Assembly: GCF_009914755.1 (NCBI RefSeq)
Contig: NC_060936.1
Origin: the human T2T-CHM13v2.0 reference genome, Homo sapiens
Strand: one strand, 5' to 3'
DNA length: 64,000 nucleotides
The notes under the pieces were generated by a model. That model had not been told where the DNA came from and did not search any database. It saw nothing but the letters and a program-made list of their open reading frames with translations. The stretch's first letter is position 1. Each line of letters opens with the position of its first letter. Positions 26,891-64,000 of this stretch are shown in pieces. The translations under genes and the position numbers were made by a program.

Positions 26891-29800
26891 AGAGGCTCTA
26901 AGTATATTTTGAATTGTTTTTCCCTTTAGATGTTTTCCCAGGTACCTGGCTCTCTGGGCCTAGGACACATAATCCCAGAGGGTATAAATCTAGTGCTTGG
27001 TCCCAACATGGTTTTGCTCCCTAAATACTGAAATAGTAGACAAGACGACACACCTGAAGCCCGAAAGAGGTAAATTTAGTATACAAGGAAGGGAATACTC
27101 TTTGTCATATAAAATAATAGTAAGTTCACTAAACTAATTAATGCATAAACTCAACTAAATTGTGAGTTAATAAGGTTGTGATGTAAACTGAATAAAACAT
27201 AAAGAATGGTTTAGTTCTATTTGGTGATCACAAAAATATATTAGTTACTAAGGAAAATTAATAATAGCCTGTGCTATGTGTCAGGTCCCAATGTGAAGTG
27301 CTTTACAAACATCTCACTTATTTCCACCAACTACCAGGTGTTACCCCTGTTTTACTGAAAGCAAACCAAAGTTAAGGAAAGGTGCATAACTTGCCATCAT
27401 TATAACTGTCAATACTGATGAAGAGTATGTTATCGTCAGTCTTATGCTCCTTAAGGATGTAGGGGTACTTCTATATCTTTTGCGGGCAATGATGGATGGA
27501 ATATTGGGCTGAACCAATTAGTATGTTAATTTTAAACTTCTGCTTGAAGAAAGGATCTATGGTAGGTATTAGTAGCGAGAGATGAGAGGTATCCTTATAT
27601 CTTTTAATTTCATATTCTTTTCCTATGAGAGAAGGGCAAGAATCTAGGAAATTAATTCAGTTAACTAATATTTATTGGACATTTTCTATTTTCCAGGGAT
27701 TACGAAATATCCCTCTTCTACATTTATCATTTAGACTTCAATTGTCTTCACTGAAAACTGAGGGGCTTAGTTTTAAAGTTCTTTTTTTTTTCCTTTAAAT
27801 ATCTAAGAGCCTATAAATCCACTCAATCTTCATTTTCTCCCAACTAGACCTTAAAGTGGCATGCAGAATTATAGTGAGACACAGGTGGGCTGTGTATGGT
27901 GGTTCACAGCCACAGTTGGTGGTGGGGAGAGTAAAGGTTATGATTTCCTTTTTTCTCTACTTCTTCCTATCCATATTTGCATAAAAACATGGTCACACAT
28001 TCTTACTTGATTACTTGTAGAAAGACACATTCCAAAGATACTAACACCTTTAGGGTAAAGGACATCTCTTCCTTCACAATTTATTGCAGAATGCTAGGTT
28101 TACAGGAGAAGCTTGAGGAATGCTTAAGCAATGTTCAGTTGATATGAAAAGTTCTATTAGCTTAACTTCTAGTCTATTTGCTTCAGTTGCTGCCAAACAT
28201 CGACAGCCTTTCAAACCAGGATCCTTCCTTATTTAGAGAAGTTTGCAGGAGGGCTTCCATTTCCATACACCGGATTAAATGCTTTTCCTTCTCACCTGTT
28301 TAGGCTAATGGCCTTCAGTGTTATGCAGAGTAAAGACATTCTGTAGCCTCCATTCAGAAGAACCATTTTGTTTGAAAAAGAAAAGTCTAATTCAAGCAGA
28401 GTCATTAAATGAAAATGAGAAACTTTAGAAAAATTAAGAAAAAAAAGTTGAGTATTCTCTAGGGAACACAGATTGTTTTGCTGTTTAGACCGAGATAAGT
28501 TCTTCAATGCCTGCTCTCAAGCTGATTTAGTCTATGAAAATGATTTTCTTATGGATGGAGGCTTTCCTATACCTTTACTTTGCTGTTGATATATTTCTTT
28601 TTTATACTAAATCTTTTTTGGTGGGAACTGTTTAGACCTATGACCTTAGAACACTGGCCTGACTTGGAGAAAAATGAACTTGAAAAGAATCCTGTGATAT
28701 ATGGAGCACACACCTTTACATATAAAAATTAAACTACTGGCCCATAATCAGTATAGCTCGCCTCATGATAGATTATTCTCAGGCTAAATTTATAACAGGC
28801 ACTCAACAAAAGTATTCATCTCTTATCCCCTAACATTATCTAGTAGCTATAGGAGCCGGTGACCTAGTAAATAATAAAAAAAAATCTTTAGGGGTGGAAT
28901 GTAACTATATGCAGTAGCGGTAATTCTGCTCCATTTGTAAGGAGGGTGAAATGCGATATGGTCATGTACCCTCTTGGTACACAAGTTCCATAGGCTATAG
29001 AAAAACAAGTCCATACCCTCTGATATCTGCATTCCTTATTCTTGTTATAGCTTACAAATCTTCTTTAGACACTTAACAGTGATAATTCTCCCAGGGAAAC
29101 TAAGGAAGCACATGAGTCATGTTTCTTAACTTTAATGTTGTATAATCTGAAAATTATCTATAGATGCTTTTTTTTTCCATTGGTGCTAGAAAATTCCGCC
29201 TAGGCTCAATCGATATCCATTTCTAAACTTCTGCAAGAAAGCTTTAACTGCTTTGACATGCCAAAAATCCAGGTGTGAATTAAACAACGAATGCTTTACC
29301 TCGTTTTCACCACTAGTTCTACCAGTCAGAATCTTTTCAAATCATCCTCAGCCAGTGCCTGTCATCCACGGCCTGGTAACACACCCTTTCACCTCCTCAT
29401 ACCCCGTGTCTTCGCTTTTCCAGTCCTTTGGCTGCCCTCCGGTTTCTTCCCTCACATACCTGTCTGACTAGTTCCTAGAAGCCTGGCAGAAATTGTTCTC
29501 CGATTTTAATCTGGCTGCCACAAATGAAAGACCTTGGAGTCCAAATACTCCTCTCTCAAAGCAAAATCTAAATGGATATAATTTATAAGCAAAGATAACA
29601 CTTCTGTTTTTTTCTCTATAAACAAACCATGCATGGGCTTTTAAAGGAGAAAAGGAAGAGTGGATTGACAGAGAAAATAACTGTTTAGGATAGAGGTTAG
29701 GAAAAGACTGAGAGCAAGAGAAAAGGCATCAATCCCAGTTGTTAATCCACGAGGCATCCCCCAGACCCTTCTGTAAAGGTTAATGAAGGCAGTAAGGCAG

Positions 29801-30615
29801 TTATCTCTGTTTCGTGCACTGATGCAATCCAAGCTTCCACGGTTTAGCACATAGTAGACGCTCTATAAATATTTATTGAATGTTGAACGATGAGAGAGTA
29901 ATTAAAAACCGGTAAGTTGATATCATAAATACAACGACAACGGCTCCCCTATCAAATGTTTAGTGTTCCCAGAGACAGCCCCATTGTTCTACATCTCGTT
30001 ATACTCTGGCCTTTTCCCGTTTTTGTCATTCGAACTCATATACATATTGAAATCGAAGCACACACAAATCCCTGAAATGACAAACTTAAATGCTATCCAA
30101 AGGAAGTTACATTAGGTTGCTGCTTTGAAAATGAAGTCAACTCCTAATGGGTTAGCTGTTTCTGCAGCATTCTTTCCCGCCTTCTTGGAGTTGAGGTGAG
30201 GGATTAAACAATCAACCTTCTCTCTCCTTTCTCTCATTCTCAAAGTTTTTCTCGCCTTTTCTTTCCTTTCCTTTGCTTCATTTCTTTTCCCAGTCTATCG
30301 TTTCTCTAGGGGTCGTTGCTTTGCTCTTTCTCCCTCTCTGTCTGTTGGTCCCTTTGATCCTTTCTTTCTACCCCTTATTCCCAGCAGCTCCAGAAAATAC
30401 CTTCTTTCTCCCCGTCTCACGTCACTTCCCTCCCTTCTCCCATCTCCCTCTCCTCTCCGAGAGGTGCGTTCCCCACTAGAGGCCAGCACTTTCTTAGTTT
30501 CGTCCTTCCAACCGGCGAGCAGAACTCGGAGAGAAAGAAGGGGGTAAAAAAGAGGAGAAAGAGAGCAAGAGAGGAAAAAACCCCTGGGCCTGGAGCGCAG
30601 AGGCCCGGGAGCTGC

Positions 30616-30629
30616 GTCGCCATGGCAAC
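30616..30629. promoter_or_regulatory. RFX X-box GTCGCCATGGCAAC
   Basis: Matches GTNRCC-N2-RGYAAC exactly; at the 5' edge of the CpG island. Confidence 0.65.
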
Positions 30630-30899
30630 GGGCGCCGGCAGGAAACGAGGGACGCGCGGGAGGGAGGGGGCGGAGGGCGCCGAGGGGAGGCGGAGGGACG
30701 GCGGGGGGGGGGTCCGGCTGCCCCGGAAGCACCTCCCCGCAGCCCCCTCCTCCAGCCCGGCCCGCAGCCCCTGGCCTGCGGCCCCCACCTTCTCGGCCGG
30801 GCAGGAAGTGACAGGCCCGGAGCGAGCCCCGGAGGCCTGGCTGAGCCGCGGCCGGGCCCGCACCCGGAGCGGCGGGAGGGGCGGGGAGCCGCGGTCGCG

Positions 30900-31072
30900 C
30901 CGGGCGCCTCCCACCCCGCCCTCGGCGCCCCCGCCCCTCCAGGAAGGGGAGGAGGCGAGGGGAGCCCGCCGCGGAGGCCGAGCGAGCCCCCAGCCCAGCC
31001 TGGCGACTGGGGACCCCGGCACATGAGGTGGACGCCCCCGGGGAAGACTTGGGTGCACAGCCAGGCGAGAAG
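30900..31072 (+). other. PHC1: PHC1 non-coding exon 1 (5' boundary uncertain)
   Basis: Donor GAAG|GTAACC at 31072/31073 at the end of the CpG island; next acceptor is exon 2 at 33876. Confidence 0.75.
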
Positions 31073-33923
31073 GTAACCGGGCGACCGAGGGCCGGGGAGG
31101 GGCAGGACCTCTGGGGGCTTGGCTGCGCGGGGATGTATCCTCAGCCACCTCCATCTGTGTAACGCCCCAGGTACCTCCCCCAGTTGCTTTCCCTGCCTAC
31201 CTCCGGCGCTGAGCTCTGCGGTCCTTCGGCTCTGCCTGTCCGAGTCTTCTGGCTATTCATTCTGCTGCGCTTCATGCTGTCTGTCCGTCACCCTAGCTGC
31301 CTCTGACTGCTCATTTTCTTATTCATTTTTCCTTCTCTGACTTTGGTCCTTCCAGCCGAGCATGCTGTCTAGTTATCTCCCTGCTTTCGTGGTCCGCTGG
31401 GTTCCTCAGCCTCCAGTTCCTTGACTTCTGCCTCTGCTCTCTGTATGCACATGTCCCAGCTCACTTGGGTCAGTTCATTCCCGGCGCACCACTGGATCCA
31501 CCCCCTTCCCCCAGTGTATTTGATTTCTCTTTGAAACATCATTTTCATCAAGGTTCTATATAGAACGAGGACCCTTGGGCGTCTACTCCCTGTTCTCTTG
31601 ATTATTACCGTGTCTTTGGCACAGTCTTCCCTGAACCACCCCCTTCTCCCGTCCCCCTTCCTATGTCCCATCCTTTCTGCATGATAAGAGTTTCGTGCTT
31701 AGGGATATTGACTTTCTCCAACTCTCGGCCCAATGCTAAGTCCACCTCAATGTCCCATTCTAACTCCCTTCGGTAGGTCTGTGCGCCTACCCAACCCCAT
31801 GTATGCCCACATGCTACCTTTTAAGATGACCATGGCTTAGCTACTCTGGGGGCATCTGTGGATCAGCTTCTCACTGTCTTCCAGTTTAATTTGGAAAATT
31901 TTGATACCTGGTGCTGCCCAAACTGTTTGTTGTCTCCATTTTTTTATATTTAATCTTGTAGTCATAATGTTGATCACAAATGAATACATTTATGTGCCCG
32001 GGATCCAGGAATCCTGGTTTTGGTGGCAGTTTCCCTTGATTTTATTGAGACTTTTAAGTTGGTCCCTTTACATTTTTATTTCTAGTTCACAATCCAAAAA
32101 AAATTATTAATCAGAATTCAGTTTTGGGAAGACGAGGGGTCATACGGTTTGTATTTTCACATGTGAATGTAGGAATTATGTTCTCTATACCTAGCAAAGG
32201 GGTCTCGTGTCTCTGAGTCCAGTGAACTAAATCCAGTAATCTATAAAACTGTGCCGTGCTGCCTCTAATCCTTACCCACTTTTTTTCTTCACATGCTGAT
32301 AATGAGGATTCATGGGTCTGTATCTGTTTAGTGCTTTGATATTTTGGCAAAAGATGTGGGGAGAAGGTAGACTAGTTGAAGCTGATATGATTTTTCCTAT
32401 GTACTTTTTGGGTAATATACATGTTTGCAGTGACATTTGCTAGTCCTAAATGAAACTAAAGATTGGGGGGGGATAATAGTGTGATTGGATGATACTGGGA
32501 ATGAGATAATAAGAAATATCCTCAGCTTTATTGCCAAGGCCAAGCAGTTTGATACTTTGCTTGTTTGTTTGTTTTGGATGCAATCCCTAAGACCAGTCCA
32601 TTCACCCTAATGAAACTGTTGACAACACTTAGCAGAAATTCTGGTTTGATGTTTATATTCTTAAGCCAGATAATATTTTGGTGACCTGATATTTCTAGTG
32701 GCCCAGTGCCTCAGAAGTAGAGAAAATAGTGTGTAGCTTAACAAAAGAGAAAAACAAAAAAAAAGAATGAGTAAAAACCTTATTGTCATTTAGTGCTGCT
32801 TTGGAAGAATATTTCTTCTTCTCATCTCCTGCCTCTTTGCTTGGTTCTTAGCAATGTTTTCATATGTGTCTTTTTGCAAATGTAAGTGTAGTCCCCAGTG
32901 GGTAAATTCTGACATGTTAGTAGATTATAAAGTTGCATCTTACTTTCTTGAAGATTTTCATTGTGTGTATTTCTATGTTTCATACCCCGGAGTCATTTCT
33001 TAAAATGATATATTACATTCAGTATGAAGCCTTCTTTGCAGTGAGGAAACAGGTATAAGGAAGGAAAGCAACATGCCTGAGGTGTTATTAGTAGCCTGAG
33101 CTGGAACCAGGCAGCTATTTGGGCTATGTGGGCTGTAGGTGAGCTCTTCTGCTTCCTAGTTTTATGACCTTCCATGACCCACTGAATGTGTCTGTATCTT
33201 AAGGTCCTCCTCCATAAAATGAGGATAACTACTCACTATCATAGTGAATGACACTGCCTTAATTACAGTTTGGTTTGAAGAAGCATGTGTTAGTCCAAAG
33301 ACTTGATACTTACTAGGGCAACTTCTTTAACCTCAGAAAACCTTATGTCTCAAATTGTAGAATGAGGATAACAGTGTTGACTTTACAGCACTACTATGAG
33401 AGAGATACAGCATAGGTGAAGTGCCTAGCCCAGTGAAAGGAGGCAACTAGTGGCTCTCCAGTATATGGTGACTCATTTGGATGATAACGATGCAGATGGA
33501 GACAAAAATGAGATAACCAAAACTTTTAAGTGGAAAGATTTTAAACTGTTAAAAAATGCTATGGGAATGTAAGGTAACTTTGGTATTGTAAGGTGCCATC
33601 TCACATTCTGGCCGTTTTATTTAATGACAGCCATGAGGGAATACGTAAAGGTTGTTTCTTTTGAGACTGCATAGCTTCAAAAGATGGTAGTATTGGGAAG
33701 ACATGGTTGCAAGAGTGTATTGAAGATTTGGGAGTTTTAAGATGAGAAATCATGGCTTATGGAAGAGGAGGAAGATTCTTAGATACTTATGGATTTCCTG
33801 TGTTTTTGAATAATAACATGAGATAACAGCTTGGGATCAAGATATAAATTTTAACCTTTTACTGCTTCCCTCTAGGTCTTGAGTCAGACAGAGCACCAGC
33901 CTTGGGGACCCTGGACCACTATC

Positions 33924-55694
<21,771 letters not shown>

Positions 55695-56497
55695 GGTGGC
55701 CCTCTTGCACAAACCAGCCTAAGGCAGACACTCTCCACTGTCCAGGTTATAACCTGGTACCAGCAGACTTTGCAGGGAAGAAAGAGTTGTTCCAATCATG
55801 TAACCTTCTGTAGGGGATTACTGAGACAGGGAAGAGAAGTGCAAGAATTGGTTGCTGGTGCTACATGGCGGCAGCTTTGACATTTTCTCTGGGTTCTACT
55901 TTATTTTTTAAAATCTTTACAGTTCTCACCATTTCACGTACCTTAATCCAATCTTTATAAAAGAGGCAGTCTAGAGAACTAGGACTGCTCAGCCTTATCC
56001 TGGAGTGGAGCATTTAGCCCAGGTCTTAATTCTCCAAGAGGAGGAATACATAGTATGGTAAGGCAAGGAACTGGGTGGAATGTCAGGTTGCCTGCCCAAT
56101 GGGAGAGGTAGGGTTTTTCTAGCTTGTGTGACAGAAGTAGCAAAATCTGGTCCTCCCCCCTCCCAGTGTAGCTGTGGCTCAGAGTTTTTTCTTTTTGTTG
56201 TCACTTACTCCCTTGTGATTGAATTTTTTCTCCTGCATCCATGGCAGGATCCCCAGCCAGTATAGAGACTTGGTTGGCATCTTCTGCTGCAGGGACTAAA
56301 AGTATTTGACTGGGGCACATGTGGCTGTTGTCATTCTTTCTGCATCCCACTGTTCCCCTCCAATTTATGTTATTTTCTACCCTGTTTTTCAGTTCCATCT
56401 CTGCTCTGTCCTGTAGCTTTATAAAACCAGAGTGTGTGGGGCTGAGGTCAGGAGTATAAGTACCTGCCTTAGGCACTATTCCTTATATAACAAAAAT

Positions 56498-56503
56498 ATT
56501 AAA
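56498..56503 (+). terminator. Candidate PHC1 proximal poly(A) signal ATTAAA
   Basis: ATTAAA ~800 nt after the stop, with U/GU-rich sequence downstream. Confidence 0.55.
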
Positions 56504-56611
56504 TATTTTTTTCCTCAGTAAAAGGATGAAAATTGGTTTCAGTTGTCTTACTCTATTCCAGTCTTTGCCCACTTTCACACAAATGACAAGGCCAATATGT
56601 TTTGTTTGTTT

Positions 56612-56617
56612 TTTAAT
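56612..56617 (-). terminator. Candidate M6PR distal poly(A) signal ATTAAA
   Basis: tttaat on +; TGTACA (UGUA) ~15 nt upstream on -; GU-rich element downstream on -; ~1.44 kb after the M6PR stop. Confidence 0.6.
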
Positions 56618-57673
56618 CATTAAGAGTTTTTGTACAAAAAGTGATGGTTTTTTTTCTTCATTTTAAAACACCAGGGTGTGGGGGAGGGATGCAAACAAAT
56701 AACAAAAAAGATGCTTTTGTAACATTATTTTCCCTGTTTAGAAAGAAAAAAAATCACTCCAATAGTATTGAAAAGTCCAAAGATGAAATAGTTTCATTTT
56801 CTTTTCCTAAGGCTTATAAAAGGCCCCCTGCCTGTTGATTCCATCCCTCTTTTGTGTCCAGTGGAGCCATGTTACTCTTCAGTGGCCCAGGGGTTCACTA
56901 TTAAAGAAAGATCAGTCCAGGTTTCTGGGCACATGGCCTAAACAGGAAGATGGAAGCATCAGAGGATTAAAAACCTTTCCCCACAGAAATGTGGGCAAGA
57001 AGACACTTCCCTGAGCCAGCAGAAGGGACAGGTGCAGCAGCATTCCACACCCAGCGCAGAGGACAGCAGAGCCCTCGATGTCCCACTTCTGCTTCCGTTC
57101 CCTTTCTAGAAGATTGAAAAAAAGGTCAAAACCACATGCCTGTGGAGAAAGTGCGACATGTTTAGAAATACTGGTAGGGAACCAGGAGTAAGAAAAGCTT
57201 TACCAGCTTTTACTACAAATGGATGAAAGACATCAGGATCCCACCACCGCAAGGTAAAGTGACTTCCCTTTTCTGGAACCCCTGTGGCACAGGAGTACCA
57301 ATTTTCCTTTCCAACGAACTGGATTTCTGGATAGGCATTTTGGCTGTATGTGGACAGATAAGACCACAGTCCTTAGCCCAATCCCAGCTATACAGTCACC
57401 CCAATTTCCACAAATGATGTGATGGTACCGTATAATCCTGTAATTGGGAAATTTCACATTTTTCCTGTCCTAATCTCAGAGGTGGGAGAAGCAAGTCTAG
57501 AACATCTCCAGGCTCAGACTAAACGAGAGTACTTGGACTGCAACCAAGTAATCACTGCAAAGTAGTTCCAAGCAGCAAGAAATACCAGATTCTCATGGAG
57601 GCTACTATAGGGTACAGAATAACAACATGAAAGCAATCAACCCTGTATAAATAATGTTTCTTGGCATTTTTTT

Positions 57674-57683
57674 TTTAATTAAA
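57674..57683. terminator. Palindromic poly(A) signal TTTAATTAAA (PHC1 distal / M6PR proximal candidate)
   Basis: Reads ATTAAA on both strands; GU-rich tracts downstream in each direction. Confidence 0.55.
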
Positions 57684-58053
57684 GAAATCCAGTGTCTCAA
57701 AAACTTGTGAAAATGTGTTTAAAAAACAAACGGCCAGTGAGCCTGCTACACCATTTTGCCCATATGCCTATTGTAACTTCTGATGTCAAGAGACAATGCA
57801 AAAGCCTCTGTTTTCACAGGCCCTATTATATTAACTCTGACTTACAACTGTACCTCTCTAGAGAAAAAACAGAAAATAAGGAACAAAGGGAAGGCAGTTT
57901 TACTAGTGAGAAGATGCAAATCAAAAGCAAACTGGAAAGCAAGAGCAATAGTAAGGGTGAGATGAGGGACTGGAGTTGAGACTGCTTGAGAAATCTGGCT
58001 GTGTAGCTTTGGTTTGGGGGACTGAGGAAGAGGCTGGACATATAAAGTGCAAT

Positions 58054-62637
<4,584 letters not shown>

Positions 62638-63819
62638 CCTTTGGGAGAGAGTGTGTGTTGGGGAGGGCAGGTAGGATCAGGAGAGAGAGGAAAGAGATAA
62701 AGCGTATGAATGTGTAATAAATCGATGGTATTTTAATTATCCAGAAAGTACAAGATTCTCTGGCATATGCAACACATAGTACATTTTAATATCTCTGTAA
62801 CAAGAGCATCTGCAGCAGAAAATTCATTTATATGTAACTTGTAGTCTAATGTATAGGTGAGTCTTTCAGAACAAACTACAAAGTTGGGAAGAGGGAAATG
62901 AAAGAACTTAAAAAAGAATGATGACAGCTTGGGTGGAGCCATCCTTGCCTCTTTACTGTTTGATGGCTTGATGTAGTCTTCTGAAACCTCTTTGGCCTCT
63001 ACAGGTCACAAATCTCAAGGGTTTCTAGACTTCCCATAAGTACAGTTGTCTTTTACACTACAAATCAATGACAACAAATTGGGGATCACCAAGCCACTTT
63101 ACAATTGAGTAAATTCAATGCACCTGCTGCTTGTACTGCTCTAGGAATGAAAACACACAGACAGCTCTCCTTCCCAAACTTACTAGACTGGTGCAAAGGT
63201 CATTGTGGTTTTGGCAAAAAAACCCCACCAAAACCTAACATTTTCTTTTCTCTTATCCATCTTCATACCCAGGACAGACTGACTTACCCTTGCAAAACAC
63301 TTTACTCTGGTATCTGTTAATGATCCCTCAGGCCATTGCTACTTGTTTATTCCAAGAGTATCACGGACAATTTCCTGATTTAACTCTTCTAAACTTTTCT
63401 CACTTACAAAAAACGCTGCAAGTCTGGACTTTGGTTTGAATATTCTTTAAAGTTCTCTAGTTCTTTTTCATGCGGGTCCACTTACTCCACCTCATTTTTA
63501 AAATATAAAACTTGAAACAGGCAGAATTTTCATGGGTACTAATGAGTTTGAAGATGGGAAAATGGAAGCTCCAACCTTGGCCGTGAATGCACTTTCCCCA
63601 TTCCCCTAAACAACCTAACATCTGACCTTCCACTTCCCACACCCCACTAAAGCAAAAAATCCCGGGAAATTGTCTACCTGACTTCCTGTACCCCAAACAT
63701 CAATTCTCTACTGTAATATTATGGTAGTTTCCATAGAATAATCATAGCTAACCAAGAGGTCCAAGGCCCTCATAACACATTTAATGCACTGAAACCACAC
63801 AACAGCAGGAAACAACAGA

Positions 63820-63990
63820 CTACTGCCTTGGGCCAGGTGCTGTTCAAAGCACTTAACATATATTAATTAACTAATTAATCCTCACAACCTTATGAGTAAA
63901 TACAATTATTGTTGCTATTTTACCAGTAAGAAAACTGAGACACAGCTAGTGGAGTGAGCCAGAGAGTCTAGCTCCAGAGCTCATGGTCTG
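63820..63990 (-). mobile_element. MIR
   Basis: taatcctcacaaccttatgag...attttaccagtaagaaaactgagacacag. Confidence 0.75.
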
Positions 63991-64000
63991 TGTTGAACAA

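Larger units (their letters stand above)
30590..31100 (+). promoter_or_regulatory. PHC1: CpG-island promoter of PHC1
   Basis: Abrupt GC/CpG-rich stretch; GC box GGGGCGGGG 30878-30886; ETS cores CCGGAAG (~30723) and CAGGAAGTG (30802-30810); no TATA; ends in a splice donor. Confidence 0.9.

Noticed and set aside
27414-27440. Hairpin ACTGATGA...TCGTCAGT with box-C-like TGATGA
   Set aside because: Intergenic, no properly placed D box or terminal stem; short enough to be chance.
30295-31154. 134-245 aa overlapping ORFs on both strands
   Set aside because: Low-complexity Pro/Arg/Gly/Ala products expected from stop-poor CpG-island DNA.

Overview
Human (primate) genomic DNA matching the 12p13 PHC1/M6PR locus. 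Bases 1-~27,000 are intergenic and dominated by nested repeats: about 35 Alus, L1/L2/MIR fragments, a full-length THE1A, MER34/MER39-type LTRs and a deleted MER61 provirus. A CpG-island promoter (~30.6-31.1 kb) drives PHC1 (Polyhomeotic homolog 1, a PRC1 subunit) on the + strand. I reconstructed one non-coding and 14 coding exons by hand; all introns are GT-AG and the CDS is 3015 nt (1004 aa; polyQ, HD1, FCS zinc finger, SAM). Convergent on the - strand are all six coding exons of M6PR (834 nt, 277 aa); its first exon and promoter are not visible in the window. No tRNA, rRNA or CRISPR features were seen, and nearly all other track ORFs are Alu/LTR artefacts. Best leads: (1) a palindromic poly(A) signal (TTTAATTAAA) usable by both genes, within a four-site layout that could toggle a ~1.1 kb sense-antisense overlap; (2) hidden in-frame splice options in the PHC1 N-terminus; (3) a junction-spanning uORF and a perfect RFX X-box in the PHC1 leader/promoter; (4) a self-templated palindromic insertion scar in intron 13; (5) an ERV-inside-Alu-inside-LTR nest with intact TSDs. 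I found no convincing new protein-coding system. Repeat subfamily names and boundaries were assigned by eye and are approximate.
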